Shown: in pieces, positions 16,990 to 26,103 of the stretch
Layout: each line of letters starts with the position of its first letter
How positions within the stretch are numbered: the first letter of the stretch is position 1
IMG/VR virus record: IMGVR_UViG_3300021517_000001
Span: 1 to 51,321 of that record
Source of the DNA: a virus
Taxonomy: Duplodnaviria > Caudoviricetes
Length of the DNA stretch: 51,321 nt
Reading direction: 5' to 3' (one strand)
Position numbers and translations under genes: made by a program
Notes under the pieces: model-generated
Databases searched by the model: none
What the model was told of the DNA's origin: nothing
What the model saw: the letters and a program-made list of their open reading frames with translations, nothing else

Positions 16990-17801
16990 AGATCCATCCA
17001 GTTGGGCTGAATTCGGTGCATCACTGAACCGATATTGTACTGAGCGAGGTGCTTTTCATCCGCGGTCATTGTGCGGGTAAAGTAATCTTCAGGCCTTCCC
17101 GGGTTCTCGGGAGAAGCCCCGTAGCGCCTTGGAATCTTAACCCCGGCCATTGCATAGGTGAACGGCTTGACTGAGTCGACGGAGCGAATCCAAGGAAAGC
17201 GAAGAGCCGCCTGGCTGAGAGACACCCAATCAGAACTCATGCCCAGCAAGTGAACGTCCATGCGAGGCAGTAGCGCTTTCATCGGAGCTACGAACCTCTC
17301 AATGAGGTTGACCCGACCGCCTGGCCAGCTGTCGTAGACCTTTGATACCCCCACTGTGAAGGGGCGGTTTTCAAACATCTGATGATGCGCCTGCACGAGG
17401 ATGTTAAGAGCCTTGCCCCACCCGTAGATGGTCTCTGCTTGAGGTACAAGCATCAGGCGAATATCGTTGGCCCACGGAGAGCTCATTGCTCGAGACAGGG
17501 CTAGCTCTTCCATGCAGCTCAAGCTAAGGTCTATCGACTCGTCCATCTTCTGCATGACATCTGGGATGACCATTTCAGAGGCGTTGATGCTTACGGCCGC
17601 ATCGAGCAAAGCCCGGACATCGTTTGCTCCCTCGCCTAACTCGAAAGCCGAATTGTCCAGAGTGATGTAAGCAAATAACCCTGTGCGCGCGTAATGGTCT
17701 CGGTACTCATCGTTGCTCAGCAGGTGGTAAAGCGCCAAGTGGTACTCTCCACCGGCGTAGTCACGGAGATGCGGGACGGGGCAGATCAATCCTAATTTCA
17801 T
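16986..17801 (-). CDS. TGT/DpdA-like TIM-barrel protein (candidate 7-deazaguanine transglycosylase)
   Basis: ITLDNSAFELG, VIPDVM, VHLLG and IRSVDS motifs match the TGT-fold pattern; lies in the que cluster. Confidence 0.65.
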   Translation of the reverse strand: MKLGLICPVPHLRDYAGGEYHLALYHLLSNDEYRDHYARTGLFAYITLDNSAFELGEGANDVRALLDAAVSINASEMVIPDVMQKMDESIDLSLSCMEELALSRAMSSPWANDIRLMLVPQAETIYGWGKALNILVQAHHQMFENRPFTVGVSKVYDSWPGGRVNLIERFVAPMKALLPRMDVHLLGMSSDWVSLSQAALRFPWIRSVDSVKPFTYAMAGVKIPRRYGASPENPGRPEDYFTRTMTADEKHLAQYNIGSVMHRIQPNWMDL

Positions 17802-18159
17802 TGGGTTGCTCCCTCGTGAACCTCTTGTAAGCCATTAGCAGGGTGATGTACCCAAGAAGGTCCTGCCATGAGTCATCCAGCGACTCAAAGTTAGCAGACT
17901 CTCCCCGACGAAGAAGGTTCTGAATGCGTCCGAGTTTGATCCCGATGAGCACCATGATGACTGTGTCGATGCTCGCGCCCGCAACAGAAGCTGCCGTTTC
18001 GAAGTTATTCCAGGCATGCCCAAAAGCTGAGTAGTCCCCGCCCTTCAGCACCAGCAGCTGCTCCATGTGAGCAATAGTCTGCACAATGTGCTCCGGGTTG
18101 AGCATCAGGTTTGCGAGCTCGTCTAGAACCTTTAAGATGTAGTCTGATCCCTGAACCAT
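17761..18159 (-). CDS. DUF1599 / nucleotide-modification-associated-domain-like protein
   Basis: KGGDYS..NF..KLGRI.NL..ESLDDSWQDLLGY pattern. Confidence 0.7.
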   Translation of the reverse strand: MVQGSDYILKVLDELANLMLNPEHIVQTIAHMEQLLVLKGGDYSAFGHAWNNFETAASVAGASIDTVIMVLIGIKLGRIQNLLRRGESANFESLDDSWQDLLGYITLLMAYKRFTREQPNEIRIDLPRPASP

Positions 18160-18172
18160 GATCGTTCTCCTG

Positions 18173-18196
18173 AGGGGAGGTTTTTACTCCTCCCCT
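18173..18196. other. Intergenic hairpin after queC
   Basis: AGGGGAGG...CCTCCCCT. Confidence 0.5.
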
Positions 18197-18209
18197 GGTG
18201 TTTACGAGA

Positions 18210-18983
18210 CTAGCGGTAAGCGGCCCCGTTTCGAGGGCTTGATTTCAGAAACCCCGGATTCGCACCGGTCGGCCAGGGAATCTCCTCAGCGTAAGGGATA
18301 GGGTCGATGTACCCCGCCGTCCGGAATGCTTCGATCCGCTCAACGCACGTCGCGCATTTGCCGCACGCGGGCTGCTCACCCTTGTAGCAAGAGTGGGTTA
18401 AAGCCAGCGGCGCGTTTACGACCGCAGCGCGCATGACGATGTCTGCCTTGCTGATGTGCACGTACGGTGCTTCTAAGAACACTTTCCCCGAAGTCGCGAC
18501 ATGGATTGCTTCCGTCATCGCATCGATGAATTCCGGCCGGCAGTCCGGGTAGTGATAGTTGTGAGCGTCATCCCCGTGCACAGCGACGTAGACCTTGCCT
18601 GCGTCGACAGTCAGGGCGTAAGTCACGGCCATCGCGATGAAGTTCATGTTGCGGTTCGGAACGACCGTGGGCTGAGCACCGTGACGAGCTGCCAGCTCTT
18701 GATACGATCCCAGCCCGATGTCTTCGATCGGAGCATCTGCATCGACCAGTGTGCTGCCCGCACCTGCAAAGATTCGAGGCAAGTCAATTCGGGTGTACAA
18801 CACACCAAAGTGCTCAGCGACGTCTTCAGCCGCCTTCAGCTCGACAGCATGCTTCTGCCCGTAGTTGAACCCAACTGCAAACACATTGCTTCGGCCGAAC
18901 AGAGACACTGCTTCAGTCAGCAGCGTGCAACTATCCATGCCCCCGGAAAAAGAGACGACTGCTCGGCGAAATGAAGGTACCAT
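18210..18983 (-). CDS. queC: 7-cyano-7-deazaguanine synthase
   Basis: SGGMDS, YGQKH, VPNRN, YPDCRPEF, SCY...CGKCATC. Confidence 0.96.
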   Translation of the reverse strand: MVPSFRRAVVSFSGGMDSCTLLTEAVSLFGRSNVFAVGFNYGQKHAVELKAAEDVAEHFGVLYTRIDLPRIFAGAGSTLVDADAPIEDIGLGSYQELAARHGAQPTVVPNRNMNFIAMAVTYALTVDAGKVYVAVHGDDAHNYHYPDCRPEFIDAMTEAIHVATSGKVFLEAPYVHISKADIVMRAAVVNAPLALTHSCYKGEQPACGKCATCVERIEAFRTAGYIDPIPYAEEIPWPTGANPGFLKSSPRNGAAYR

Positions 18984-18984
18984 G

Positions 18985-19596
18985 TTACTTGCCAGACCTC
19001 ATGTGAGTAATGGCCTCCGCACGGAGGGCCGCATCGGTTAAAAAGATCCCCCGCGAAGCAGAGGTGGTGGTGGAGGACTCATGCGCGTGCACCCCCCGGC
19101 TAGTCATGCACGTATGCATGACATCGTACAGCGTCACGATGACTCCCTGAGGCTCAAGCACTGACATGAGGCAATCAGCTACCTGCCAGGTGATTTGCTC
19201 CTGCAGCTGCAGTCGACGGGCGAAGATATCCACCACTCGGGCCAGCTTGCTCAAGCCGATGACGTACGTGCCCGGCAGGTATGCAATCGCAGCTTTACCT
19301 ATGAACGGGCTCATGTGGTGTGCGCAGGTTGAGTACAGTGGGATGTCTTTCACGACGACTAGGTCTCGCTCGTGCCCGTTGTTCGGAAACACCGTGAGCA
19401 CGTCTTTGGGATTCATTTGATATCCCTTGAACCACTCTTCGAGCATAGCTTTGGCTACCCGTCCGGGTGTATCCGTGAAGTTTGGATCGCTCAGGTCGAT
19501 TTCGAGAGCCATCAGGACGTCTTTGATCGCCAGCTCGATGCGAAGCCCTTTGCGTATCTCGTTATCGACGACAAGGATGTTTCTGTCGAATTTCAC
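18985..19596 (-). CDS. folE: GTP cyclohydrolase I
   Basis: TPGRVAK, STCAHHMSPF, GLSKLAR, RLQLQE, HTCMTSRG; likely GTG start at 19596. Confidence 0.95.
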   Translation of the reverse strand: MKFDRNILVVDNEIRKGLRIELAIKDVLMALEIDLSDPNFTDTPGRVAKAMLEEWFKGYQMNPKDVLTVFPNNGHERDLVVVKDIPLYSTCAHHMSPFIGKAAIAYLPGTYVIGLSKLARVVDIFARRLQLQEQITWQVADCLMSVLEPQGVIVTLYDVMHTCMTSRGVHAHESSTTTSASRGIFLTDAALRAEAITHMRSGK

Positions 19597-19597
19597 G

Positions 19598-20362
19598 TCA
19601 CACCCCCAACGCATGGCCCCAAAGCAGCACATGCTGCTGAGCGCCTACATTGATTTCCCACAGGGTCTGCTGGCCGAAAAAGCTCAGCGCAGTTTCAGTC
19701 AGCCACTTGTATCGACGCAGCACGTCCGTGGAGGTGTCCGTAGCTAGTGTCCCAGTCGACAGGTAGATCGGAGTGTTGCCGACCCAATACGCCCCCTTGG
19801 TGAGGATGTGATTGACGTAGTTTAAGTCCTCCTGATCGAACACAACAAACTTGAAGAATGTCCGCCCGATCAATTGCTCCCTCTGGATATTGATCATGAA
19901 CATTTTGACGGCTTCTAGCGGGGTCGATCGTCCCGCTGAAGGGGGCTTTGGAGAGACCACGATCAGATCGGCTTTGCCCATCCAGGCATTCCAAAACGTT
20001 CCCTGAGTTTCGACCGCTACACGGTTCCCGGTAACGTGGAACAGTCGCACCAGCTCAGACAGGTCCCACAAAGCTGGATTGCCTCCGCTAAAGACGACCC
20101 ACGGGTACCGACCGGGCAGAGCAAGTACCTTCTCGTGAATCTCCTCAGCAGTCATGTTGGGCAGCTTTCGCACAAGAGCCGGGTCGACCGCATGCATCGA
20201 ATCGCACCACAAGCACCTGTAGTCGCAGCCGCCGAAGCGAACGAAGTAACAGGGGCTTCCAGTGTTCGGTCCTTCTCCTTGAATCGTGGGGCCGAATATC
20301 TCTGCGACTTTAAAAGTCCCCGACTTCATAATGACGTCTTGCTGGGAAATCATTTCAGCCAT
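19598..20362 (-). CDS. queE: 7-carboxy-7-deazaguanine synthase (radical SAM)
   Basis: EIFGPTIQGEG, CDYRCLWCDS, SGGNP, VETQG, VSPK, QQH. Confidence 0.95.
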   Translation of the reverse strand: MAEMISQQDVIMKSGTFKVAEIFGPTIQGEGPNTGSPCYFVRFGGCDYRCLWCDSMHAVDPALVRKLPNMTAEEIHEKVLALPGRYPWVVFSGGNPALWDLSELVRLFHVTGNRVAVETQGTFWNAWMGKADLIVVSPKPPSAGRSTPLEAVKMFMINIQREQLIGRTFFKFVVFDQEDLNYVNHILTKGAYWVGNTPIYLSTGTLATDTSTDVLRRYKWLTETALSFFGQQTLWEINVGAQQHVLLWGHALGV

Positions 20363-21003
20363 GTGACTGTCGCGACCCCCGTTTCGGTCTCCCACACGCG
20401 GACGCTTTGCACCCACACGTGCTCATATGCCGGTTGTGCGCCCGCAAGAGCGTTCAGCCCCGTCACCATCTCGTCGAAGATCCATTGGGCAAGGTACTCG
20501 GCAGTCGTGACCGGGATGTCTAGTAGTGCGACCTTGCCAAAGCCCTTGTTTCGAAAGAAGCTTTCAACCCTGTCCTTCTTTTGCCATCGACCATCGACGA
20601 CTGCACTTCCGTGATCTTGATCGCCGTAAAAGTCGAAGCCGAAGAATCGATAATCGAAAGGATCAAAAGCGCCGAACCATTTGAGTGGAACGGTCCCCAG
20701 CAGCAGCGCATGGTCAAGCTTATTGTGAATCGCCATGTTGTAGATCTGCTTGAGGTCGGCAAAGTCCATGACCATGCCAGCAGCCGGATCGATCAAGTTC
20801 GGATCATCCGCAGCACCGCCGATGACGTTTCCTCCGACTTCAACTTCGACCTTGTAATTATGCCCGTGAAGGTTAGCACAAGGCCCCTCATGATGCGGCA
20901 GTTGGTGAGCAGCTGAGATTGCGCCGCAAACCTTGCTGATGGTTGTCGTTGTGTACGGCTCGAGCAGCCTTTGCTTGCGAGCCTCAAAGGTGTCTTCAAT
21001 CAT
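20350..21003 (-). CDS. queD: 6-carboxy-5,6,7,8-tetrahydropterin synthase
   Basis: AAHQL..C.NLHGHNY, GMVMDFADLK, LDH, TTAEYLA, VWETE. Confidence 0.92.
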   Translation of the reverse strand: MIEDTFEARKQRLLEPYTTTTISKVCGAISAAHQLPHHEGPCANLHGHNYKVEVEVGGNVIGGAADDPNLIDPAAGMVMDFADLKQIYNMAIHNKLDHALLLGTVPLKWFGAFDPFDYRFFGFDFYGDQDHGSAVVDGRWQKKDRVESFFRNKGFGKVALLDIPVTTAEYLAQWIFDEMVTGLNALAGAQPAYEHVWVQSVRVWETETGVATVTWLK

Positions 21004-21059
21004 GATACGCCTTTCAGAGGCAGGCTTTGACCTGCCTCGAATGTTACATCAGTGGCAAG

Positions 21060-21581
21060 CTAGAGCAGTGTCCGGCGCGCTTCGCCGTCCTCGGTCAAGA
21101 CTTCTTCCGGCTCGCCCGACGCGGTTTCGGTGTCTGACCAGGGGGGCGCGAACGTGTTAGCTTCGCTGTACTGCCCACTGCCCACCTCTGCATGAGCTTC
21201 GACGATGCGCTGTACCCGCGCGCGATCCTGACCCTGGTATTTTTCCAAGGTGGTTTGAATGCGCACAGGCAGGCCGATGACGCTGGGTTCCACCAGAGTG
21301 TTCTCTTCGTCCACGTCGAGCTCGATCACAGCATCCGAGCTGAAGCCGAGGGCGACGAACGTGTCTCTCAAGCGGAACAATGCATTGGGAGCCAGGCTGG
21401 TCATCATCCAGACCTTGCGGCCTTCGTGCTCGCCTTCGACGATCTGGAACTCCCAGTTCAAATACGGGTGGGTGCCAGTCTGCGACTGCCGCATTGTGAC
21501 GCCGGTGATGACCGCTTCATGCTCCCCTTCGGGAACGGTGTCTGATGGAATCTCCCCAAAGTTAACGGTGATACGAGCCAT
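21060..21581 (-). CDS. DUF669-like single-stranded DNA-binding protein
   Basis: VPEGEHEAVI, EFQIVEGEHEGRKVW, acidic C-terminal tail; follows the Sak4-like gene. Confidence 0.75.
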   Translation of the reverse strand: MARITVNFGEIPSDTVPEGEHEAVITGVTMRQSQTGTHPYLNWEFQIVEGEHEGRKVWMMTSLAPNALFRLRDTFVALGFSSDAVIELDVDEENTLVEPSVIGLPVRIQTTLEKYQGQDRARVQRIVEAHAEVGSGQYSEANTFAPPWSDTETASGEPEEVLTEDGEARRTLL

Positions 21582-21594
21582 GGTCGTGTGATCC

Positions 21595-22407
21595 TTACAC
21601 TTGTAGAAGGTCGAACAATTTAGTGACGGTGGGGTCTTCAAGATAGTCGGGTAAGCGCACGCCCCATGGAGTTCGAACCCCCGCGCGAACTCCGGGTGTG
21701 TTTTGCAGGAGCAGTTTGCGAACTACTTTGGCCGCCGGGAGTGCTGAGCCGGCGCCTGCGTTTTGCTGTGCCTTGGGTGAAATCCTTTCCTGCACCAAAA
21801 ATGTAGACACGTCAAACATCCCGACCACTTCCTCAGCCATCTGGCCGAACAGAGCTGGCTTGCGCACGGCTCCCTCTCGGGGCTCGTTCTCTGTCTTCGG
21901 CAGGGCTGTGAAGAAGCAATGCATGTCGAGCTTTACAATCGCTCGAAGGAATCGGCGCATCTGAACCATGGACTTACCATAGTCTGCCTGATACACCGTG
22001 AAGGGATCTTCCCGCTTCTGGCCTGCGTTGAGCTCAGCGTCGACGATCCAGAGCAGCGAGTTAACATGAGTCTCAGACAAGGAGTCAATTGCGATCGACC
22101 TGTAGTTGTGTTTCTCGTTAGCGAGATAGTCGTACACTAGATTAAAGTCCTCCCAGGTTTTCACCCGGTAGACCGTGCACTGATCCGCAGGCAAGCCATA
22201 CAGAGAAGTGCTTCCGCCTTCGAAGTCTACGACAACGATCGGGCAGGTGCGCTCATCTAGCGCAGCGCTCCCAACCAGCGTCGTCTTCCCGCTACGAGAC
22301 GCCCCAGTGATTAACACTTTGCGCCACTGTGATTGCTGAGCGGCTTGCACTCTATCTAGGAACGCGTGCTTGCCGTTGCTCATGTAAGGTGATTTCGTTG
22401 CCGCCAT
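21595..22407 (-). CDS. Sak4-like (AAA_24) ATPase / recombinase
   Basis: GASRSGKTT, DFEGG, IAIDSLSE, DYG. Confidence 0.85.
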   Translation of the reverse strand: MAATKSPYMSNGKHAFLDRVQAAQQSQWRKVLITGASRSGKTTLVGSAALDERTCPIVVVDFEGGSTSLYGLPADQCTVYRVKTWEDFNLVYDYLANEKHNYRSIAIDSLSETHVNSLLWIVDAELNAGQKREDPFTVYQADYGKSMVQMRRFLRAIVKLDMHCFFTALPKTENEPREGAVRKPALFGQMAEEVVGMFDVSTFLVQERISPKAQQNAGAGSALPAAKVVRKLLLQNTPGVRAGVRTPWGVRLPDYLEDPTVTKLFDLLQV

Positions 22408-22468
22408 CTGATTGCTCCTTGCGTCGAATGATTCCATTATAAACGGGATATCACAGCGAATCAACGCA

Positions 22469-22933
22469 TTATGGTTTCAGCGCCGAAAGATTACTCAAGT
22501 AATGAATAATCGCAGCGGCATCCCTTTCATGTTGAGACGGTCGGGCCTTCCACCACATTTCATTGCACCGGGCCTTAAAGACGTTAATGCGTCCTGACAA
22601 CGAAGTCTTCCACTCTGAGGGGCGAACCTCGGTGACTTCAACCTGGACGACTTTGCCAAGGTCTTCGACCGCAAGTCTCCACCTGTCCCGGGCCCTGATA
22701 GTTTCTTTTCGAAACGTGGAGTACTGAGCATCTGCCGGGTACTCAACCACAAGACGCTCGACCTCGTGGGCTGAAACCCATTCAACGAAGGCCGCCACGT
22801 CAGGTCTGTATTCCGGCACCGCGAAGGTTCTCGCAGCGAGTATCACAGGCATTTGGCCTCGTTGCACTTTTGCAATCACGACACCGGTCGTAATCCCCAC
22901 ATCGATTCCGATCACACTGACTTCTTGGCTCAT
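22469..22933 (-). CDS. RuvC-like Holliday junction resolvase
   Basis: IGIDVG, VVE, PSEWK, HERDA. Confidence 0.75.
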   Translation of the reverse strand: MSQEVSVIGIDVGITTGVVIAKVQRGQMPVILAARTFAVPEYRPDVAAFVEWVSAHEVERLVVEYPADAQYSTFRKETIRARDRWRLAVEDLGKVVQVEVTEVRPSEWKTSLSGRINVFKARCNEMWWKARPSQHERDAAAIIHYLSNLSALKP

Positions 22934-24618
22934 TGAAGGCTCCTTAGAATGTGAGCTAAGTCTGCGTTACTGGTGTGCCCTATTGAGAAGCTTTTGTCCC
23001 TCAGGTTTTGTTCGACCAGCTCGTCTACAGTACCCTGCGCATGCAGTGTTAGCACTAGAGGCTTGGTCTTCTGTCCCGGCAAGTAAATCCGGGCCATTGA
23101 TTGGATGTAAGCATCAGCATCCCAAGACTTGTCGTAGTAAACGGCTGCCTGCGCATTGGCGAGTGTTAAGCCGTATTTGCCTACGCCTAAAGACAGGACG
23201 AGGATGTCCAGCTGGTTCTGTTTGAATTGGTCGATAGGGTCTCGTTTGTTTTTCACCTTCCCGTTTGAAATGCCGACCCTCAAAGAAGTCTCTCGGGCAA
23301 TGCATTTGTATACCTGGTCAGCGCCTTCAGTCCACTGAGTCCAGATTACTGCCGGTAATGGAATCTCATCATGCTCAAACAACGCCATCAGAACATCAAG
23401 CTTCCCCGAGGCAGACACTCCGCCGAAGTTTGCAGGGTTCGACACGCACTGCTGCAGCCGCACAAGCTGGGCTACTTTGTTAACTACCGGCATCTCTTCT
23501 CCGGATTCGAGCTCAAGTAGGAACTCATCCAGAATCTTTTGATATGCTTGCTGCTGCGTCGGGGCCAAAGCAACATGAACCGTTTGATAAACGATCTCTG
23601 GCAGCTCTGCCTCGATGTCGCTGTAATGCCGGGTAAAGATTAAGTCCCGAAACTCCCGTGCAATGTTGATGTCGAGACGCGTTCCCGTAACTTTAGTACC
23701 CCAAGGCGTCTCTTGCGTGTGGCAGTAGGTTCGAGCAAACCTCCAGTACGAGGTGAATGATTTGGGCGAGATGATTCTCAGCTGTGCGTACAAGCCGTCA
23801 GCATGCTTCGAAACAGGAGAGCCTGAAAGTAGCCAGATTCGAGTCGCCCGGTCTCTTAGGGCTTGAATTGCTTCTGTTCGCTCTGCATCTCGGTTCTGCA
23901 GCAAGATTGATTCATCGCACACAACAAGGTCCCACCTCCCGGCCAAGAACTCTGGCAGGCAGTCCCGCACCGTCTCATAATTGGTTACGATCCATCCTCT
24001 CGCAGACACGTCTCCAGACCGATATGCGACCGCAGCGTCTTGGCCTGTCCACTGCTTAATCTCATGCTTCCAATCAGGCACCAATGACAGAAGGGTCACG
24101 ACTAACACTCTCTGAGCTTTCACTGCCCGCGCAGCTGCGCACGTGGTGATAGTCTTTCCCAGGCGAGGAGCGAGCTGCAACATTGCTCCCGAATGCGGTG
24201 ATGAATACAGATATGTAACCGCCTCCTGCTGATACGAATACAGCTTGTCCCAAATATCTGGCAACTTCTTTTGAACGACTTCAGAGCTGTACAGGAAGAA
24301 TCCGTTCTTGGCGCTCCACATCCTATAAAGGTACGTGGTGAGACGAACCTTTCCCGGATGCAGTCGCAGAACGATTTCAATGCTGGCCATAATTGGGGGC
24401 AAAATCCACGCGCGCCGTTTAGCATCCCACCTTCCCCCAGCTTGCTGGATCTCTTTACCGGGAAGAATATCTGGCGTGTAAACAAAGCAATCCCGGTCTT
24501 TGATGACTTCAGATTTAAAGTTTGCGTTGTCGTCTGTAGGAATTGGCTTGTGCAACTCCGTCTTAGACCACGGCCTGTTAATCAGAACCATCGGATTGCC
24601 TCCGGATGTCGAAGTCAT
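22930..24618 (-). CDS. SNF2-family (SF2) helicase
   Basis: RLGKT, VCDES, LSGSP, GKYGLTL, QSMARI. Confidence 0.9.
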   Translation of the reverse strand: MTSTSGGNPMVLINRPWSKTELHKPIPTDDNANFKSEVIKDRDCFVYTPDILPGKEIQQAGGRWDAKRRAWILPPIMASIEIVLRLHPGKVRLTTYLYRMWSAKNGFFLYSSEVVQKKLPDIWDKLYSYQQEAVTYLYSSPHSGAMLQLAPRLGKTITTCAAARAVKAQRVLVVTLLSLVPDWKHEIKQWTGQDAAVAYRSGDVSARGWIVTNYETVRDCLPEFLAGRWDLVVCDESILLQNRDAERTEAIQALRDRATRIWLLSGSPVSKHADGLYAQLRIISPKSFTSYWRFARTYCHTQETPWGTKVTGTRLDINIAREFRDLIFTRHYSDIEAELPEIVYQTVHVALAPTQQQAYQKILDEFLLELESGEEMPVVNKVAQLVRLQQCVSNPANFGGVSASGKLDVLMALFEHDEIPLPAVIWTQWTEGADQVYKCIARETSLRVGISNGKVKNKRDPIDQFKQNQLDILVLSLGVGKYGLTLANAQAAVYYDKSWDADAYIQSMARIYLPGQKTKPLVLTLHAQGTVDELVEQNLRDKSFSIGHTSNADLAHILRSLQ

Positions 24619-25180
24619 TTTCAGTCGCCAGGATAGTCATGATCTTACTGAACATGTCCGGGCTAATCCTTGTGACATATTCTTCCAGCTCGAGCGGCGA
24701 GTCTTCAAAGACTTTTTGCCCGTCATCGCCGACCATCGTTGCTAACTTTTCAGCCTCTCTCAGATCGACGTCTAGCATGTTAGAGTGCTGCAGCCGCAGA
24801 ACATCCAAAAGCATTTTCATCTTCTCTTTGTCCTTGGGCAGTCCAAAGGTTTGCGGGTACTGTCTCGCCCACGAAACAAGAACTTCCGGATCATACTCTA
24901 TCGGCCGCTTGCGGACCTGCACTTTTAAAAGGCCTCCCATAATTGCACGACGGTCTTCTTGCCAGACAATGGCCTCAGCCGTGTCTTGGAGCTTTGCGTG
25001 CAGCTGCTCGAAGAACGCTTTTAGCTCAGCCTCCCGGGAGATCAAAGCCTCATGAGCTTTCAGGAATTGCTGCTCCCACGCTTTCCGGGCCTCTTCAAGT
25101 GCCTTGGTGATTGACTGGAGCTCTTCCCAGTCAGAGCTCCAAGCCTTCAACGATTCCCGCAGACCCTGATCTTCACTCAT
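24578..25180 (-). CDS. Coiled-coil protein (Gp157/Gam-like position and character)
   Basis: Helical charged N-terminus followed by IEYDPE..W; in the recombination module. Confidence 0.5.
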   Translation of the reverse strand: MSEDQGLRESLKAWSSDWEELQSITKALEEARKAWEQQFLKAHEALISREAELKAFFEQLHAKLQDTAEAIVWQEDRRAIMGGLLKVQVRKRPIEYDPEVLVSWARQYPQTFGLPKDKEKMKMLLDVLRLQHSNMLDVDLREAEKLATMVGDDGQKVFEDSPLELEEYVTRISPDMFSKIMTILATENDFDIRRQSDGSD

Positions 25181-25674
25181 CGGATGTCCTTGTACACCTT
25201 GTTTCGACACACGTTTCGAACAAACACCCCGCTGCATCCGAACCGCTCGCCTATCTTAGCAAACGATTCCCCGTCTTCCCGCATCTGCCTCATTGCCCGA
25301 ATATCGTCTTCATCGTAACGCCTGGGTCTTCGAGCCGCCTTGAATTGTTTCAAATAAGCCCGGAGGTCAGTCGCTGAAAATTTTGTCCCGGCTTTCAGGT
25401 CCTCTAACAGCATTTGAGCCTCTTCACTTGGCTCGGCGAGATGAGTCAGTACCTCCAACAATTCAATCTCTAAGAGGTCCCGTGTTGCAGCTCTCCGAGA
25501 AAGTTTCCCCCCGTCTGAGGTGTCAAGAAGCTGCTCGGTCTGTTGCGCAACCAAGATGGTTGAAATGATGTCGGCTTTGGAGGCCTTGTGGGCCTTCCCG
25601 AGAATGTCTAGGTACCGCTCTGCCAGCTCTTCAGCAGAGAGCTGCTCCAGAGCTTCTATGGTTACACGTTCCAT
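25177..25674 (-). CDS. DNA-binding protein with C-terminal HTH (paralog of 10090..10446)
   Basis: RRYDEDDIRAMRQMREDGESFAKIGERFGCSGVFVRNVCRNKVYKDIR. Confidence 0.75.
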   Translation of the reverse strand: MERVTIEALEQLSAEELAERYLDILGKAHKASKADIISTILVAQQTEQLLDTSDGGKLSRRAATRDLLEIELLEVLTHLAEPSEEAQMLLEDLKAGTKFSATDLRAYLKQFKAARRPRRYDEDDIRAMRQMREDGESFAKIGERFGCSGVFVRNVCRNKVYKDIR

Positions 25675-25677
25675 GAC

Positions 25678-26049
25678 CTAGTCCAACAGATGAGAATCAA
25701 TTTCGTCCGATGACAGCATGACTGGCTTGTCTAAGAAGAACAAGGTGTTCATGCCAATGTGATAGGCACAGATCATGCCGATCCCGATGATATCGTCTTT
25801 GTCAGTGTCCTGGTCTCTTATCACCACAGCACAGACCGCGCGGCGGAAATCCAGCTTCTTGACTACGTCGTCGTAGTGTCCCGGCTGCCACTCGGCCCGC
25901 TGTGAGTTAAGCACCACGACAATCGTATCGGCTGCAACAAGCGGAAACGCCATAGTTGAAAGTCCCGAAACGAAGTCCCGTGTGAGATCGTCACGATGCC
26001 CGAAGAACTCTTTGAAGAGGTTGTGTACAGCTTTGTTCCACATGATCAT
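25678..26049 (-). CDS. Hypothetical protein
   Basis: 123-aa ORF in operon orientation. Confidence 0.6.
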   Translation of the reverse strand: MIMWNKAVHNLFKEFFGHRDDLTRDFVSGLSTMAFPLVAADTIVVVLNSQRAEWQPGHYDDVVKKLDFRRAVCAVVIRDQDTDKDDIIGIGMICAYHIGMNTLFFLDKPVMLSSDEIDSHLLD

Positions 26050-26066
26050 CTGCCCTGGTACGTAGG

Positions 26067-26099
26067 AAAATAAAAAGATGGGGGGCTTGCTTGCCCCCC
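26067..26099 (-). terminator. Intrinsic terminator
   Basis: GGGGGC-hairpin-GCCCCC with U-rich tail on the - strand. Confidence 0.65.
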
Positions 26100-26103
26100 G
26101 AGC

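Noticed and set aside
21004-21060. preQ1 riboswitch upstream of the que genes
   Set aside because: The short intergenic region lacks the preQ1-I stem and A-rich tail consensus
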